Shown piece after piece: positions 11,453 through 25,936 of a stretch of DNA of 64,000 nt. Source of the DNA: Eledone cirrhosa (taxonomy: Eukaryota); assembly GCA_964016885.1 (NCBI GenBank), contig OZ024740.1, positions 154,318,001-154,382,000 of the forward strand, in the 5' to 3' direction. The position numbers and the translations under genes are program-made. The notes beneath the pieces were generated by a model that had not been told where the DNA came from, made no database searches, and worked only from the letters and a program-made list of their open reading frames with translations. The stretch's first letter is position 1; every line of letters begins with the position of its first letter.

Positions 11453-13948
11453 CCCGACATACGAAATACCTTAGGAGTCTCAGCTCCACAATCAAAAGCA
11501 TGGAAGAATGCCAGGATTTACTTGTGCCCTCGGACAAAACTGGTAATGTATACATTCTTGACCGTCTTACATACAACGACTGCATCGGGAAAGAGATTAT
11601 GAAGAATTACAGGACCACAGGACAGGACAACTTAGATAACATTAACGTCACGACCAAAAAGATAATGACCGGGCTAGGGATAGATGATAGGACCGAATTA
11701 TATGTACCTAGAAAACCTCGGATATCCATTAAGGATCATGAATTAAACTTTAGAACTAACCTACCGGTTAGGTTAATAGCACCCTCCAGATCCGACATAG
11801 ATAGGACCAGCAAAAATATCATAGACAGGATACTACCGGTACTTAGAAACAAAACTAGGCTTAGCTTATGGACCTCCACTAAGGAGGTAATTGACTGGTT
11901 CTCGCTAATAGGTAACAAACAGCAGGTAAATTTTATTCAATTAGACATAGATAATTACTACGCGTCAGTATCCCCTGTAATAGTGAACAAGGCCCTCATG
12001 AACTCCATGGCCAAGTCCAACGTCACTAGGGAGGAGGCTAACCTAATAGTAGCAGCGAGAAAGACGCTAATTAGATTCGAAGACAAGTTATGGGACAGGA
12101 GGGACAGACCCGACAGTTTCGATATCACCATGGGGTCGAGCGACTCGGCGCAGGTGACCGATCTGGTGAGAATCTATCTCCTCCATAGGTTAGCGGTGGA
12201 GATCCCAGGGATCGGAGGTGGAATATACAGAGAAGATGCACTTTTCACCTTCCGTTCCCTAAACCCGAGCCAGATGGAACGTATGAGGAAGCGCATAGCA
12301 CATTTGTTTAAGCAACACGGCTTATCCGTAACGATAGACCATAGCACTAAGACAGTTAATTTCCTGGACGTCACCCTGGAAATGAATACGGGCATCCACC
12401 GACCTTATCACGAGTCCAATGAGAGCCTGCAATATGTGAACAGGCAATCAAACCACCCCAGGTCAGTCATAGAAGCAATAGTTAAAGGGGTATCAAAACG
12501 CGTATCCACCCTGTCGGCTAACGCAGACGTGTTTAAACAGCACGCCGAATACTATAATGAGGCCCTGCGCAGGGCCGGTTACACAGATAGCAGAGTGTAC
12601 ACCCCTGACAGGGAAGAGCCTAGCGCCGAGGCATGCAGATACGGCAATATCGGAGGCACTTCCATAGGTAGAAGAAATGACCCGGTACTAGTCTCTAAGA
12701 ACACGAGTAGCAACACAGTTCACCTTAATGACACAGGACCGACAGTAGGACAGACGAAGGCACGCATGGGAGCTAGACCACCAAGTACATGTAGGCATGG
12801 GCCTGGCACGCACACTACATGCATCGCGGTAAATGGGACTAGGTACAGAGTAACGACAAGTACGGCCGTGGCACCCGATAGAGAGAGCACCCGGCCTGGT
12901 AGTAGGGGTATAGCCCCGACAGCAGCACCAAATAGCTTTAAAGTGACTAACAGTAGAACCGTTAATATAGAACGGAATACCTTAGTAAGTGATAGGCATA
13001 ACCTTGACGCCCACAGTGGGCACACAAATAGAGACAACATAGGAGACGTAATTATAGGCGAGCAAAACCCAAGACGGACATCAGACCCAGGGCACACTCA
13101 CACGACTACACACACACGAAAGAGCAAGACTAGATCTAAGGCCGTTACATGGTTTAACGCGCCATACTCTAAGCACGTACGCAGCAACGTGCCAGGGCTG
13201 TTTTTCCAAGCGTTAGACGAGTGCTTCCCGCCGTCGAACAGATACCACAAAATTTTCAACCACCACACGGTGAAGTTTTCCTTCTCCACAGCATCTAACA
13301 TGGCCGACTACATGGGCCAAAACAAACGCGGTAAAGATGGGGAACATCGACTGTCAACCGCAGCGGCAGAACGACCGTCTGCCGGAGCGTGGAAGACCCC
13401 TCGGGGACCGGCCTTCAAATAATTACCCGGCCTCCGAGGCGCCGCCACGCCCGCGGAAGGCGATACAATCCAACGCCAGGTGGGAACGAGTGGCGAGGGG
13501 GAGATCACCGTGCTGGCGGAACAACACCCTGAGAATCGTGAGAGGGCTAGGCGTCCGAAGCGAACAAAATAACAACAGAACTTGTAACTGCAGAGCGGGC
13601 ACCCAGTGCCCCCTACAGGGAAAATGCTTGACGAAGGGCCTGGTATACAAATGTTTGGTTAGCACCCACAATGTAAAGCCCTCCTACATCGGCGCAACAT
13701 CCACGACCTTTAAATCGCGGATGTATAACCACACGAACTCCTTCAAGGACCAAAGCAAGAGGCACTCCACTAAGCTAGCGGACCTGGTGTGGGACCTGAA
13801 AGACAATGGCACCTCGTATGCCCTTGACTGGAGTATCGTTCGGCACGCGAATGCATACTCGGCTGGAAGTAGAAAATGTAGCCTATGCCTATACGAGGCC
13901 ATGGAAATGGTCAGACTGAAGGAAGACGCGGTCAACCTGAAATCATAA
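11453..13948 (+). pseudogene. Penelope-like element 1: RT plus GIY-YIG endonuclease, 5'-truncated, one frameshift
   Basis: VPSDKTGNVY, LDIDNYY, FDITMGS, IYREDA, VNFLDVTL, SNHP, WFNAPY; CNC-x5-CPL-x3-C, LVYK, YIGATSTTFKSR, CSLC. Confidence 0.92.
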
Positions 13949-14743
13949 ATTATCATGACCTGCAGACACCAGAGAAGGTGCACACTCTCCGTATGGAATA
14001 CCCCGGGAAGCCCAAGCTAAGGGCATGCAGCGGAGCACGCGCCGACCAGAGCGACGAAACAGGTTCAAGGGATCGGACACCATACCCTGAGGACATTATA
14101 TGCCCCGTGGGGTAAACAAAAATGACCCAAGATGCATACCCGACTCTGCAAGTCACCCTAGGCAGGAACATCGCCTGAGCCGAGACATTTTGACCCGGAT
14201 TCCACGGTCGCTCAGTCAGGTACTTTGCACCTTAGGACAACACACCTCAACCACAGTGACATACCCCAATATGACCGGGCTACGCGCCCCCATGCATGTG
14301 TACCTTTTCAATCGTGAATACATACTCTCCACGTGTTCCATTTTGGAACACATTATTTGTTCCGTACACAGACCTAAGTGTGCATCTCATACTCCCCATA
14401 TGTACTATATTACACGCATTCACATACCTTCTCCTTTCTCCTCTCTTTTTTTATATATCTCTATGTGACGTTATATGCATATTTTAATATATTGGATATT
14501 TATTTTATTGTTTTCATGTGTGTATATGCGTAGGCGTGTGTGTATGTGTATGAATGACCGGGGCAGGCCGCACTTGCTACATTTCTCCCCACCCAACCCT
14601 ACTTACCGTCTCAACTCATTACTGCTATTAACACTTTTTCAACACACCTACACCCATACACTTATTAAAGGGGAGAAAAAAAACCCCACCACACCACAGA
14701 CATGTTAAATCCCTATATATAGAACAACACACCACATACACAT

Positions 14744-14800
14744 CAGTTTGACAAGTGCACCTCAGCGTGAAAGGTCGTTCTAAACACGAAACAATACCTG
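14744..14800 (+). ncRNA. Decayed U3-A8 hammerhead-like motif downstream of the PLE1 ORF
   Basis: TTGACAA-GTG...CAC-GAAAC-A-ATA; stem I CAGT/CCTG has 3 of 4 pairs; stem III imperfect. Confidence 0.4.
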
Positions 14801-15062
14801 CTACATTAACCAAGAACTCCTAACCAACAACCAACAACTTAATTTATAAAATAATTTTCTTTAAGAAAAAAATGTTTCTAATCCGGAAAAAAATTATTTT
14901 TGGATTTTGTGAAGAAAATAAATTTGTTGAAAGCACATGTGAAGCCATTTTTTCTTCCCCCCTGTCTTAATATACCTAACTGTACCAAGGATTACACACA
15001 TTTTCCAATATATATATATACACATATATATCTCTACATACACACACACACATATATACACA

Positions 15063-15130
<68 letters not shown>

Positions 15131-15187
15131 CGTGTGTGTGTGTATGTGTGTGTGTGTGTATGTATGTGTGTATGTGTGTATGTGTGA

Positions 15188-15748
15188 CTCATGGTCGGGT
15201 CGTTGGCGACTAAACTGGCAACCCCACCAAGGTTTCTTGGTGAGGAGGGTGACTTTGGACATCCTGCAGGAATAAAAACAAAACCTGTCAAAGGGCAAAG
15301 GAGCTGTTAAGAGTCAATGGCCATCCAAAATCAGTGGGAGAGATGACCCCTTAGCTTTTGTCAAGGCAGAATTCTAGGAGAAGGAAAACTCTAATATAAC
15401 ACCTGCAACCCTGATGGTATCCAATGATGTTGACTTGTTCTTCTTTTTGGTAAATATCATCTTGGTTAAGAGAATGGGACTGGCTTTGTGCAGTGCCTTT
15501 GCTCACTATAAAAGCTCCACGGCACAGCCATTGCTTTATATCTGGAGATCTCTCTGCACTTGTCGTCACATGGTACCATGGGCCCAGCACTATGTGTCAA
15601 TAATCGTCACAAGTGTAGTGTTTGTACCAGAGTTTTCAAGTCGCTGGCTGGACTAAGAAGTCACACTCGTTCAGCGCATCGGTGGGGGTTCTCCTACATG
15701 GATATAAAGTAGTGGCCATACTCGAAAACGAGTTGGCAGTCACCACCA
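15188..15748 (+). mobile_element. RTE-derived non-autonomous element, 5'-truncated copy 1
   Basis: Near-identical to the copies at 38909, 52605 and 53331. Confidence 0.85.
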
Positions 15749-15841
15749 TGTGTGTATATATATATATGTATGTATGTGTGTGTGTGTGGGTATATATATA
15801 TATATGTCTATACATATGTATATATATATACACATACATAC

Positions 15842-15874
<33 letters not shown>

Positions 15875-15876
15875 TG

Positions 15877-15907
<31 letters not shown>

Positions 15908-16034
15908 TACGTGAATGTGTATGGATGTATGTATATGATTATAATGTTTATATGTGTGCATGTTTAGTACGAGATACATATTTTAATGTATGACGTTAGA
16001 TGTATATTTTGGTATATTGTAGTTTTTTTACTGT

Positions 16035-16069
<35 letters not shown>

Positions 16070-16116
16070 ACTACCAAATATATGTCAAAATTATTTATAA
16101 AACAGCTTATATATTG

Positions 16117-16182
16117 TATTTTGTCTGAGGAAGGCATACCATATTTTTAATATGATAACCCAGAAATATATATAACGAAATA
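16117..16182 (+). ncRNA. Type I hammerhead motif, canonical core
   Basis: 8-bp stem I TATTTTGT/ACGAAATA, CTGAGGA, stem II CATATT/AATATG, GAAAT, palindromic ATATATAT, AUA. Confidence 0.7.
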
Positions 16183-16372
16183 AATATGGTTTTATAAATA
16201 TAGTTTCCATTTGTTTAATATCGTAAACATACTCCAAAAACTGTTGAGTGCTTTTATATCAGTTATAAAATATTTACTCATTGTAACCCAACAATTTTAA
16301 ATAAAACTTTTGCATATATATATATGTATATATGTGTGAATGTGTGTGTATGTGTGTGTATACGTATATCTA

Positions 16373-16403
<31 letters not shown>

Positions 16404-17414
16404 GTGTGTGTATATATACATATATATATATATATATGTATATACTTTCATTTATTTTTTTTATTTTTCTATTAACTTATTTATTTATTTATTTATATGT
16501 GTGTATGCACGCTTGCATGTATATGTATGGATGTATGTATTTGGTTACATTGTTTACACTCGTGCATGTATAACAGGATGCATCATTTTATGGATGACCC
16601 TGTATGACCTTTTGTGCAGATTTATATGACTGTGAGTATATCACATTTGAGCACGAACAGAAATATGTGTGTGAGTGTATGTATCTTTGTGGACGTACGT
16701 GGGCACGGCGGTATTTGGGGCGCGTATTTGTTTGAATGTATATGAGCCAGTGTGTGTCTGTGTGTGTGTGTGTCTGTCTGTGTGTGTGTCTGTGTGTGTG
16801 TGTGTGTGTGTGCGTGTGTGTGTGTGTACGTGCACCTAAAACAGGCTAAGGGATTGCTGGTGAGTACGTTTATGTGTGTGTACATATACACATATGTATA
16901 TATATATATAGATATATATGTATGTGTGTGTATATGTGTGTATGTGTGTGTTTGGAAGCGTGTCTGTCTTTGTGCCTCTTTGTACGGACAGGCGTGTGTA
17001 TGTGCGTGTGCGTGTATATGTATATGTCTGTACGTGTTTGCGTATATGAGTAGATGTACGCGTACGCATGTGTGTGTCCTTGTATGCGAGTGCGTGTGTG
17101 TGTGTGTGTGTGCGCGCGTGTGCAAGCGTGTGAGAGCTGATGTACGAGAGCATGTAGGCAGGCGCCTGTGGACGCGTATGTTGTTAGTTATATGGCGGTG
17201 GGCGTGTGTGTGTGTATATGAGAGAGTGTGTGTGTATATGTATATGGGTGTATATATGTACATGTGTGCGTATGTATATATGTGTATATATATATATGTA
17301 TATATGTATGTGTGCGCGCGTGTGTGTATGTGTATGTATATATGTATATATGTGTGTGTGTATATGTGTGTGTGAGTGACTTGTGAAATACCAAACACAG
17401 CATGAATTCATTGA

Positions 17415-17712
17415 AGTGTGTCGTACGGAGAGTAGCTGGTGAACAGTATGGCAGCAATTATTGGCCAGAATTTATGATGACGTAGAAAAACAACAGCCAA
17501 CAGCAGGACAAGCGAGGAAGATGTTTTTTTTAAGCTAAACCCCCAGTGAGAAAATTTGCTCAGAAATTATTGGAAGTGTCCGACGAATCTGCAGTTCTAG
17601 AATCAGACAGATCGATACAATGATCGTGTCTCGAGCTATCTGCCGGCGAAACAATTGTAACACACAATAAATTGAGTCCAGATGCATCACTGATTTTTCG
17701 TCTTATATTATA
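17415..17712 (+). repeat. PLE-type terminal repeat (partner at 11161-11452)
   Basis: Inverted match to 11161-11452; carries a hammerhead motif. Confidence 0.88.
17576..17663 (+). ncRNA. Type I hammerhead motif, CCGACGA core
   Basis: Stem I GTGT/ACAC, core 17580-17586, long stem II, GAAAC 17648-17652, palindromic ACAATTGT, GUA. Confidence 0.7.
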
Positions 17713-17786
17713 TCACACTCTGCTCTGTAAGAACATAGAGTGCTCAACTGGCATACAGCCTATGGAAGCATCATAGCTACCATTAA

Positions 17787-17899
<113 letters not shown>

Positions 17900-17949
17900 A
17901 TTCTATTACGTGTTGCAACAGACAGACTGCGGCCAGCCTGGGGAATATA

Positions 17950-19930
17950 TATCATCATCATCATTATCATCACCGTTTTACATCAATTTTTCCACGGTAG
18001 CATGTATTAGACGGGTTGTCCTGTTGTGGGCAATGCTAGCTCAAATGACCATGTCTTGCACATACACAACTGACACATACAGAACTTCTTAACACCAACC
18101 TCATTTATAGTGAGTACTGGGTGCTTTATGTCGTGTCACTAGCACGACCACTTTGCAGTGTGGACTGCGTGCTTTTGTCGTGATGCCTACATGACCACTT
18201 TACAGTGTGGGCTGGGGGCTTCACTAGATGCCCTCATGGAAAATATATGGGAGGATGAGGTGTGTTGGTGCATACTGTATATATGATTCAGCTTCGACTT
18301 GTGCCTCTGGGAAGTCGGGTCTTCTGTATCACTGTATAACGCCGGGCATCTCGGTCCTGTGTCGTCGCCTTTGAGAGATACAACTAGGCAAGGTCAGCTT
18401 TTATCACCTAATCCCAAGTCTTCCTGGATCTCCCCACTCAACGGCTCCCATCGACTTTGAGCTCTCTGCACCTTTTTATGCAGCTGCCATCTTTCAAACG
18501 CATCACATGTCCATACCAACGCAGTCTCATTTCCTGCACACGGCATTTGATTCCTCGTATGCTTAGTTTCTCTGTCAGTTCATGTATGCTTCGCCGTTCT
18601 CGTATATTACTATTACACATCCATCAAAGCATGCAAGCTTCATTTCTTTCCAATCTACGCAGGTCTTCTGCACACAGCGCCAAGGTTTCACTACCATGCA
18701 GCATTACTGTTCGTATGCACACATCATACAGTCTTCCATTCATTTTGAGGGAAAAGCCTTTTGCAGCTAGCAGTGGTAGTAGCTCCCTGAACTTCTTTCA
18801 TCCCGTTCTTACTCTGGCTACTGTATTTTCAGAACACCCACCTCTGCTGCTAATTCTGTCACCCAGGTAGCAGAAGCTGTCTACTGTTTCTACCGAGTCC
18901 TCCCAGAATTTTGTATCACTTGCTTCCTGTGGTCGTTTGCTATTTAGTGTCCCGGTGCAGCAGCTACATGTAAAGCCTACATTTTTAGCTAAACTTCCTG
19001 AGATCCCTTCTACATCTCTTGTGTACCCATAATTTGCATTTTGGGACAGAGGATTGTATTTCTTCCTACACCTTTCCTACATACTGATCAAGGCCATCTC
19101 CCTAGTGTGGTAAGGGTTCTGTTTACTCTTCTACTTACTAGGAACTTAGTCTTTGTCAGATTGACTTTAATACCATTTGTTTCTAGACCCTATTTCCATA
19201 TTTGGAATTTTTTCCCTAGTTCCACCATAGATTCCGTTATGAGTGTAAGATCATCCGATTACAGGAGTTCCCATGGGCTACCGGTCTTAAACTCCTCTGT
19301 TATAGCCTGTAATATGGTGATAAACAGGAGATGGTTGAGAACAGAGCCCTGGTGGACGCCAAGCTATATGCTAAATTCTTCGCTATAGTCATTACTAACC
19401 CTAACTTTGCTGACTTCTCCCCTATACATGGCTTGTACAGCCTTAACAAGCCACTCATCTACTCCTAGTTTTCTAAGAGCCCACCAGATTATGGCACGGG
19501 GCACTCTGTCAAAAGCTTTTTCCAGATCGACAAATGTCAGGTAGCGTGGCCTACTTTTAGCTAGGTACTTTTCCTTTAACCGTCGAAGCCGTCACTGTGT
19601 TTCCCAACGTATCTGTTAAAGTCCTCTGCGATGAGGAGAAAGTCATTATCGTTTGTTAGAGTGGTAGCGTTCATTAAAGACTCGTAAAACTTATTTTTGA
19701 GTTCGTTTGACAACCCAGATTGGGGTGCATATGCAGATATAATTGTAGCTATTGTTTTATTCAGGACTAGTCTGAGTTTAATGATTTTAGAGTTCACTCT
19801 GTTCACAGAGACGACCTTATCTACCCATTTATCAGCTAACAGAATACCTACTCCACCAAGTCCGTTGTCATTTCCCACACAGAAATATTTATTTCATTGC
19901 TTTTTACCTACAAGGAGTCTAGCTGACTCT
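17950..19930 (-). mobile_element. RTE-clade LINE, internally deleted and decayed
   Basis: APE part GVGILL...IISAYAPQ...EDFN joined at about 19576 directly to [15 protein letters not shown]; later RLRWYGHVMR; (GAT)n tail. Confidence 0.85.
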
Positions 19931-20229
19931 ATCAATATATGTATACATACATATACCATATATATATACTTTTTAAGGCGACTGAAGATATTTAGTTGCT
20001 ATGTCTAGCAAGTCGAGCGACCTCCCAGCATCACCCTCGAATACTACTAGGTTTCTTGACTGAACATTCCTCCACCATTATTTACATTCTACTTCGTGAC
20101 CCCCCCCCCCATACACCCGAACATCCTTTTCCCCCACCCCACCCCCAACAGCTTTAAACTTCCCCTTCTCCCATTCTTACTTTCCCTCTCTTTTACAGTG
20201 TCCCAATTCTTTTTACTTGTCTCCTCTCC

Positions 20230-20830
20230 TATCACTACTCTCATCATCGCCACCACCAGAACTACTGTCAACCGACCATTGGCATCAAAACCACTACCAC
20301 CACTGCCACCGCCGCTACCTATAACTCTACCAATACCAACATCACAACCAACATCATTACTTCTAAAACCTCCATCACCACCACTAATAATATGACTATC
20401 ACAAGTATCACAACCACAACCAGCATCACAACCATCCCCTGCATCATATCTACCACCAGCATTACAACCACCCCCAACATCACAACTGCCAGCGTCATTC
20501 TAACCACCTCCATCATCACCAAAGCCTCTACCACTGCCACCACTAGAAATAACACTTAACCACCACAGCCAACAGCACCATTATCACTATCACTACAAAC
20601 ACTATCACAACTACTACATAACTACTACATCCACCAACACCACCACCACCACTATATCCACCTCAACCATCGTAGCCAACGCCACCATCATTCTTATTAT
20701 CACTACAAACTCTATCACAAGTACAACCATCATCACCATCACCATCACCAAAGGATCACCACATCCACATCAACCCCCTCCCTTCACAAAAGCAATCAAC
20801 AGCACAATCACTATCACCACTAGTACTTCA
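20230..20830. repeat. Degenerate (CAC/CAT/CTA)n low-complexity tract (similar tract at 47230-47750)
   Basis: Imperfect trinucleotide repeats. Confidence 0.85.
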
Positions 20831-21033
20831 AAGGAAAATTTGCATCCATTGTTTGTAAGAGTTGATTCTCTCTCGAAAGTACTAAGTATCAAGATTCTAA
20901 AGGATCATGTTTTCAGCGCCATCTGCCGAGAGTATTTGCTTCAAAGTTGATCCCTTCATTACCCATCTCACTTGGAAATTTTTCCTTAATACTTATATTG
21001 TTTTATGCCAGAGAAAATCCTTTGACAATTCCT

Positions 21034-21072
<39 letters not shown>

Positions 21073-21086
21073 TCTCTCTCTCGCTC

Positions 21087-21124
<38 letters not shown>

Positions 21125-21843
21125 GCACTCTCTCTCCCCCTCTCTCTCTCTCTCTCTCTCTCTCACTCTTTATATATATGTATATACACACACACACACA
21201 CACAAGGTTGTTCAGTTCATTTTTCTGGTTATCATTTCTTTTCAGATAAATGATGACAGACATCAAGCTAACCCAGCAAATGAAATGACACGTTGTAATC
21301 GTTGCCTTATAAGAAAACCATAGTGATTTAGAGATTGATCGCTTCTTGAAACTTGTATGGTCGTTTGTTGTCAAAAGTTCGCAAAGAGTTGGAAGCTCTT
21401 TCACAGAAACACACACTCCATTTCTATTCTTTTTTGACGAAAGTATATTTAGATTTCCCTCCTTCGGGCGATGCTTTTTGTACAACTTGTTTGCTCCGCA
21501 CCCTCTCCTATTTCCAGTCGTAAGTCCTTTTATTGTTATTTGTTAACATACCCGCTTTCCTGTCTTGGTCGAAAGACGTTCACTTGTCCCGTCTCTATGT
21601 TGTTTCATTGTCTCTTATGCATCATTCCAGTGACTTGCTCTAAAACGTCTTTCAGCCTGGGCTCAATATGATAAAATGTCAGCTTTATGAATGAGATCGT
21701 ATTGCTCAGCGGGTGGCTGGTGGGAAGGATGTAAGCTTGTGTTCATGCGTCTTACGTGCTTATTTATTCATTTCTTTATTTTTCGTATGCAACTTTGCCT
21801 TGATTCGTGGTTTTCTCGGTCTTCACACCGCTGATATTTCATA

Positions 21844-21980
<137 letters not shown>

Positions 21981-22088
21981 GTATATATATACGTATATAT
22001 AATGTGTATAGGTGATTTTGTTGATTGGCACTTTAGTGTCACCGAAGTCAACGGGGAATGTATACAGTCTAGATGATTTAGCCAACTT

Positions 22089-22119
<31 letters not shown>

Positions 22120-22259
22120 TTCGTTTCTGAATTTGTTTAGCAAGATTCTTTATCAGAAATCGTGTGTTGAAACCGATATTGTTATACTTTGGGAGGGTCA
22201 TGTTGCCAATAAGAAACACACGCACCAGTTGCTTTCACTTCAATTTATTATAATAAATT

Positions 22260-22947
<688 letters not shown>

Positions 22948-23608
22948 TAATAAACACTGTAAATCGTGTGTCTAACATTACGAGGGTTGAAATACCACGT
23001 TGGCTTGACATATTTAACCTGAAGCAAACGGAAATACAGAAAATATACTGACCGTCTGAATAACTATTACATCCCCCGGACAGATTAGAGATTTAATCTG
23101 TTTCTCCATGAGAATTGTGTTTGTAACAGATAATCTGGGGGAATCATCAGCAACAGAATTAGATTAAATGTGACAAACACGTAAAGCTAAAAGCCACACG
23201 AATGAACATTTCACCTCGTGCGCTAGAAGTCAAAAGTGGTGTGAGTGGATAGGCTAGAAACAATAGCCTTAATAACCCAACTTATAAGTTCACCTAGTTA
23301 GGGAGCCGAAATACAAATAAATCTAATTTTCTCGCGGAAAAGAAGCTATATCATTTGTCTATTATTTCTTTATAAGCAGATTTTAAACTTATAGCCTTGT
23401 TTAAATGATTTTTGTATGGTTGATTTATACTGGTTGGGAGAGGAAATACTGTATATATTTTATCTAATGATTCTTTGGACTTACTTTTTTATATATTGCT
23501 CTGTTTATTAATTATTTAGTTAATTCTTCATTGAGCCACCCGGTGTATGGTTGCCAAAAACATATATATGTATCTATGACTTTGTCTAATTTATATATAC
23601 CCTTTAAA

Positions 23609-23719
<111 letters not shown>

Positions 23720-23729
23720 GTGGTAGTAG

Positions 23730-24495
23730 TATTAGGTAAATAAAAATCCAACTCAAGTCCGTTGAACGAGTTTGAATATAATTATTCTGGTCAGTTACTA
23801 CAACCGCACCATACCAGGTACGTACGTTTCGTTGATCGGTGATACCCAATTTGTTCAATTTGACCTAAAAAATTCTAGAGGGCGAGCTAACACTAAATTA
23901 ATGGCTAATAGTTATGACTAAAATTATGGGGCGGGACTAGAAAGAAATCGATCGGTTAAGAAAAAATGGATAGGTTAAGAAGGATGTAAATCGATATTAA
24001 GGAGGCCATTTCTGCAAAAGTTACTTAGAAATAGAAGAACAGCTCAAGAAGAACTCAGTGCGTCTGTTAAGTAGATATTGTTAATGTTATGAGGATTATT
24101 CAATATCCACCACCTTTCATCATTACATAATTTGCAGGCTTTGAACCCATTTATATATCGTCAAGATTTTTCAAGCATCTTCCATCTGATGGAAAATCAA
24201 TGTTCCTGTCTTTGAGTTGCTATATTTGCCAAATTTGTGATGTTTCGTTTATTTGGGTATTTGAATGTCTTTACTTTACTAAGGAAGTGGTTATTAAACC
24301 GGTTTTCTGAAATACCAACGTATTTTCAGGACCCGTTTTGATGGTGTTGATTTAATGGGGAAACACCAGCTTCATATATTATCACTGGGGTGTTGCATTA
24401 TTGGTCCAGCGGGCTTGACGCAGTTTTTTTTACAGGAACATCCATATACATATGCAGGAGGCACAATTTCATGTTACTGAAGCCAACGACAAATT
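23730..24495 (-). mobile_element. Decayed PLE 3' fragment
   Basis: Remnants CSCK..PLDQ.CNTP, IIYEA, YVGISENRF; hammerhead 3' half GAAACGTACGTA at about 23819-23830. Confidence 0.6.
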
Positions 24496-24500
24496 CATAC

Positions 24501-24781
24501 AGGTTGGGGGATTGACAGATTTCGTAGAGGTGTTTATAAAATGCTACTTCGGTATTGTTTTGGCTTATTAAATCCCGCCGAGATGAACTTTGTCTTTCAT
24601 CCTTCAGGGGTCCATAAAATAAGCTACCAGTTAAATATGTGGAACGATGTAATCGCCTTCCCCTCCAAAAACAAATTGCTGGGCCTTGTTCCTAAATGTC
24701 TAATCCCGCCGAGGTCGATAAAATAGAGTACCAGTAATGCACTGGGTAATTGCTGGCCTTGTGCCAAAAGTAGAAACAACC
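24501..24781 (+). mobile_element. tRNA-derived SINE, one old copy plus a younger 3' fragment
   Basis: CTTTCATCCTT..GGGGTC.ATAAAATAAG core and GTGCCAAAAGTAGAAAC 3' end. Confidence 0.8.
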
Positions 24782-24799
24782 ATTATTATTATTACAGTT

Positions 24800-25920
24800 G
24801 CATTTATCTTGCTTTATGTTCATACGAGTTATCACCAAGTCACAACCAGTGACCTCAAGAGACAACAAGGTCCGCCATGTTCAAGAAAGAACATACATAC
24901 ACACACATGCATCTTTGGGTGTTTAGACTTGTGATGTACTTATATTGACAGAATCTTCCTTAGTATATGGGCAGTTCCCATTAGTACTATACGCGGGTTT
25001 CCTGGGATTTGCGATAAGTAATCATTAGACCCCTTAGGTATCATTCCTAGAGCGCCTACAACCACTGGTATTGTTTTAGTTCTCAATTTCCACATTTTTC
25101 CAATTTCTATCTCCAGGTCCTTATACTTGCTCAATTTTTCAAATGTTTTTATGGATAAATTCTTGTCTATTGGAACGGACATATCAATTAGCAGGCATAC
25201 CCTCTTTTTAAAGTCCTTCAGTATTATATCATGTCTATTTGCATCTATTTTTCGGTCTGTTTGGATGCTAAAGTTCCACAAGATTGAGATGTGATCTTTT
25301 TCAAGTATGGGAGGTGGTTGATGCTCCCACCAATTCTTTTGATGGGGCAGGTCAAAATGCTTACACATTATCCAATGTATGTATTGTGCAGCTCTGTCAT
25401 GCCTGTTTAGGTATTCGGTTGGAGCTATAGGACTGCACATTGAAATTATATGATCAATGGTCTCTGGTTGTTTTTTACATACACGGCATAATGGGTTGCA
25501 TCCATTTTTTATTATGTTGGCTTGGTAATTTTTTGTTGGCAGACACTGATCTTGTGCTGATATAATCAGCCCTTCAGTCTCCGATTTCAGTCCAGAGGAC
25601 GCCAACCACTGATGGGTAAAGTTTTGTCAACATCAGGATTGTTAGCTCTTTCTGGGTATTTTCCATACAGAGGCTTTTCTTGCCATTTCTTAGCCAGTTT
25701 CTTAGCACTTCTTTCTTTGCAGTTACTTTTACCTGCTTTTCTTTTTCTGTGTTTTCCATTTCAGCAGTAAATGGAACTTCTGAAATTTGTAGTCCATTAC
25801 TGTATCTTTGTGCATCATTTGTAATGGAGTATGATCTTTTGATGCTTTCGTGTTTCAAAACGAGTTTGATCATCCAATCATGTGATTCCCTTAGATATGT
25901 AGATAATCCAATTGTTGCAG
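24800..25920 (-). mobile_element. Dong/R4-type RLE LINE, family A, 5'-truncated
   Basis: AQDQCL, CRVC..PETIDHIISMC, RHD, KYKDL, VVGALG; (TAA)n on both sides in element sense. Confidence 0.88.
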
Positions 25921-25936
25921 TTATTATTATTATTAT

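Noticed and set aside
15414-15656. 80-aa ORF MVSNDVDLFF... open in all four copies of the 610-bp element
   Set aside because: The copies are too similar for this to show selection, and the ancestral zinc finger is in another frame.
14894-17457. Many ORFs rich in YI, CV, HT or MYV repeats, here and throughout the window
   Set aside because: They are translations of stop-free microsatellites.
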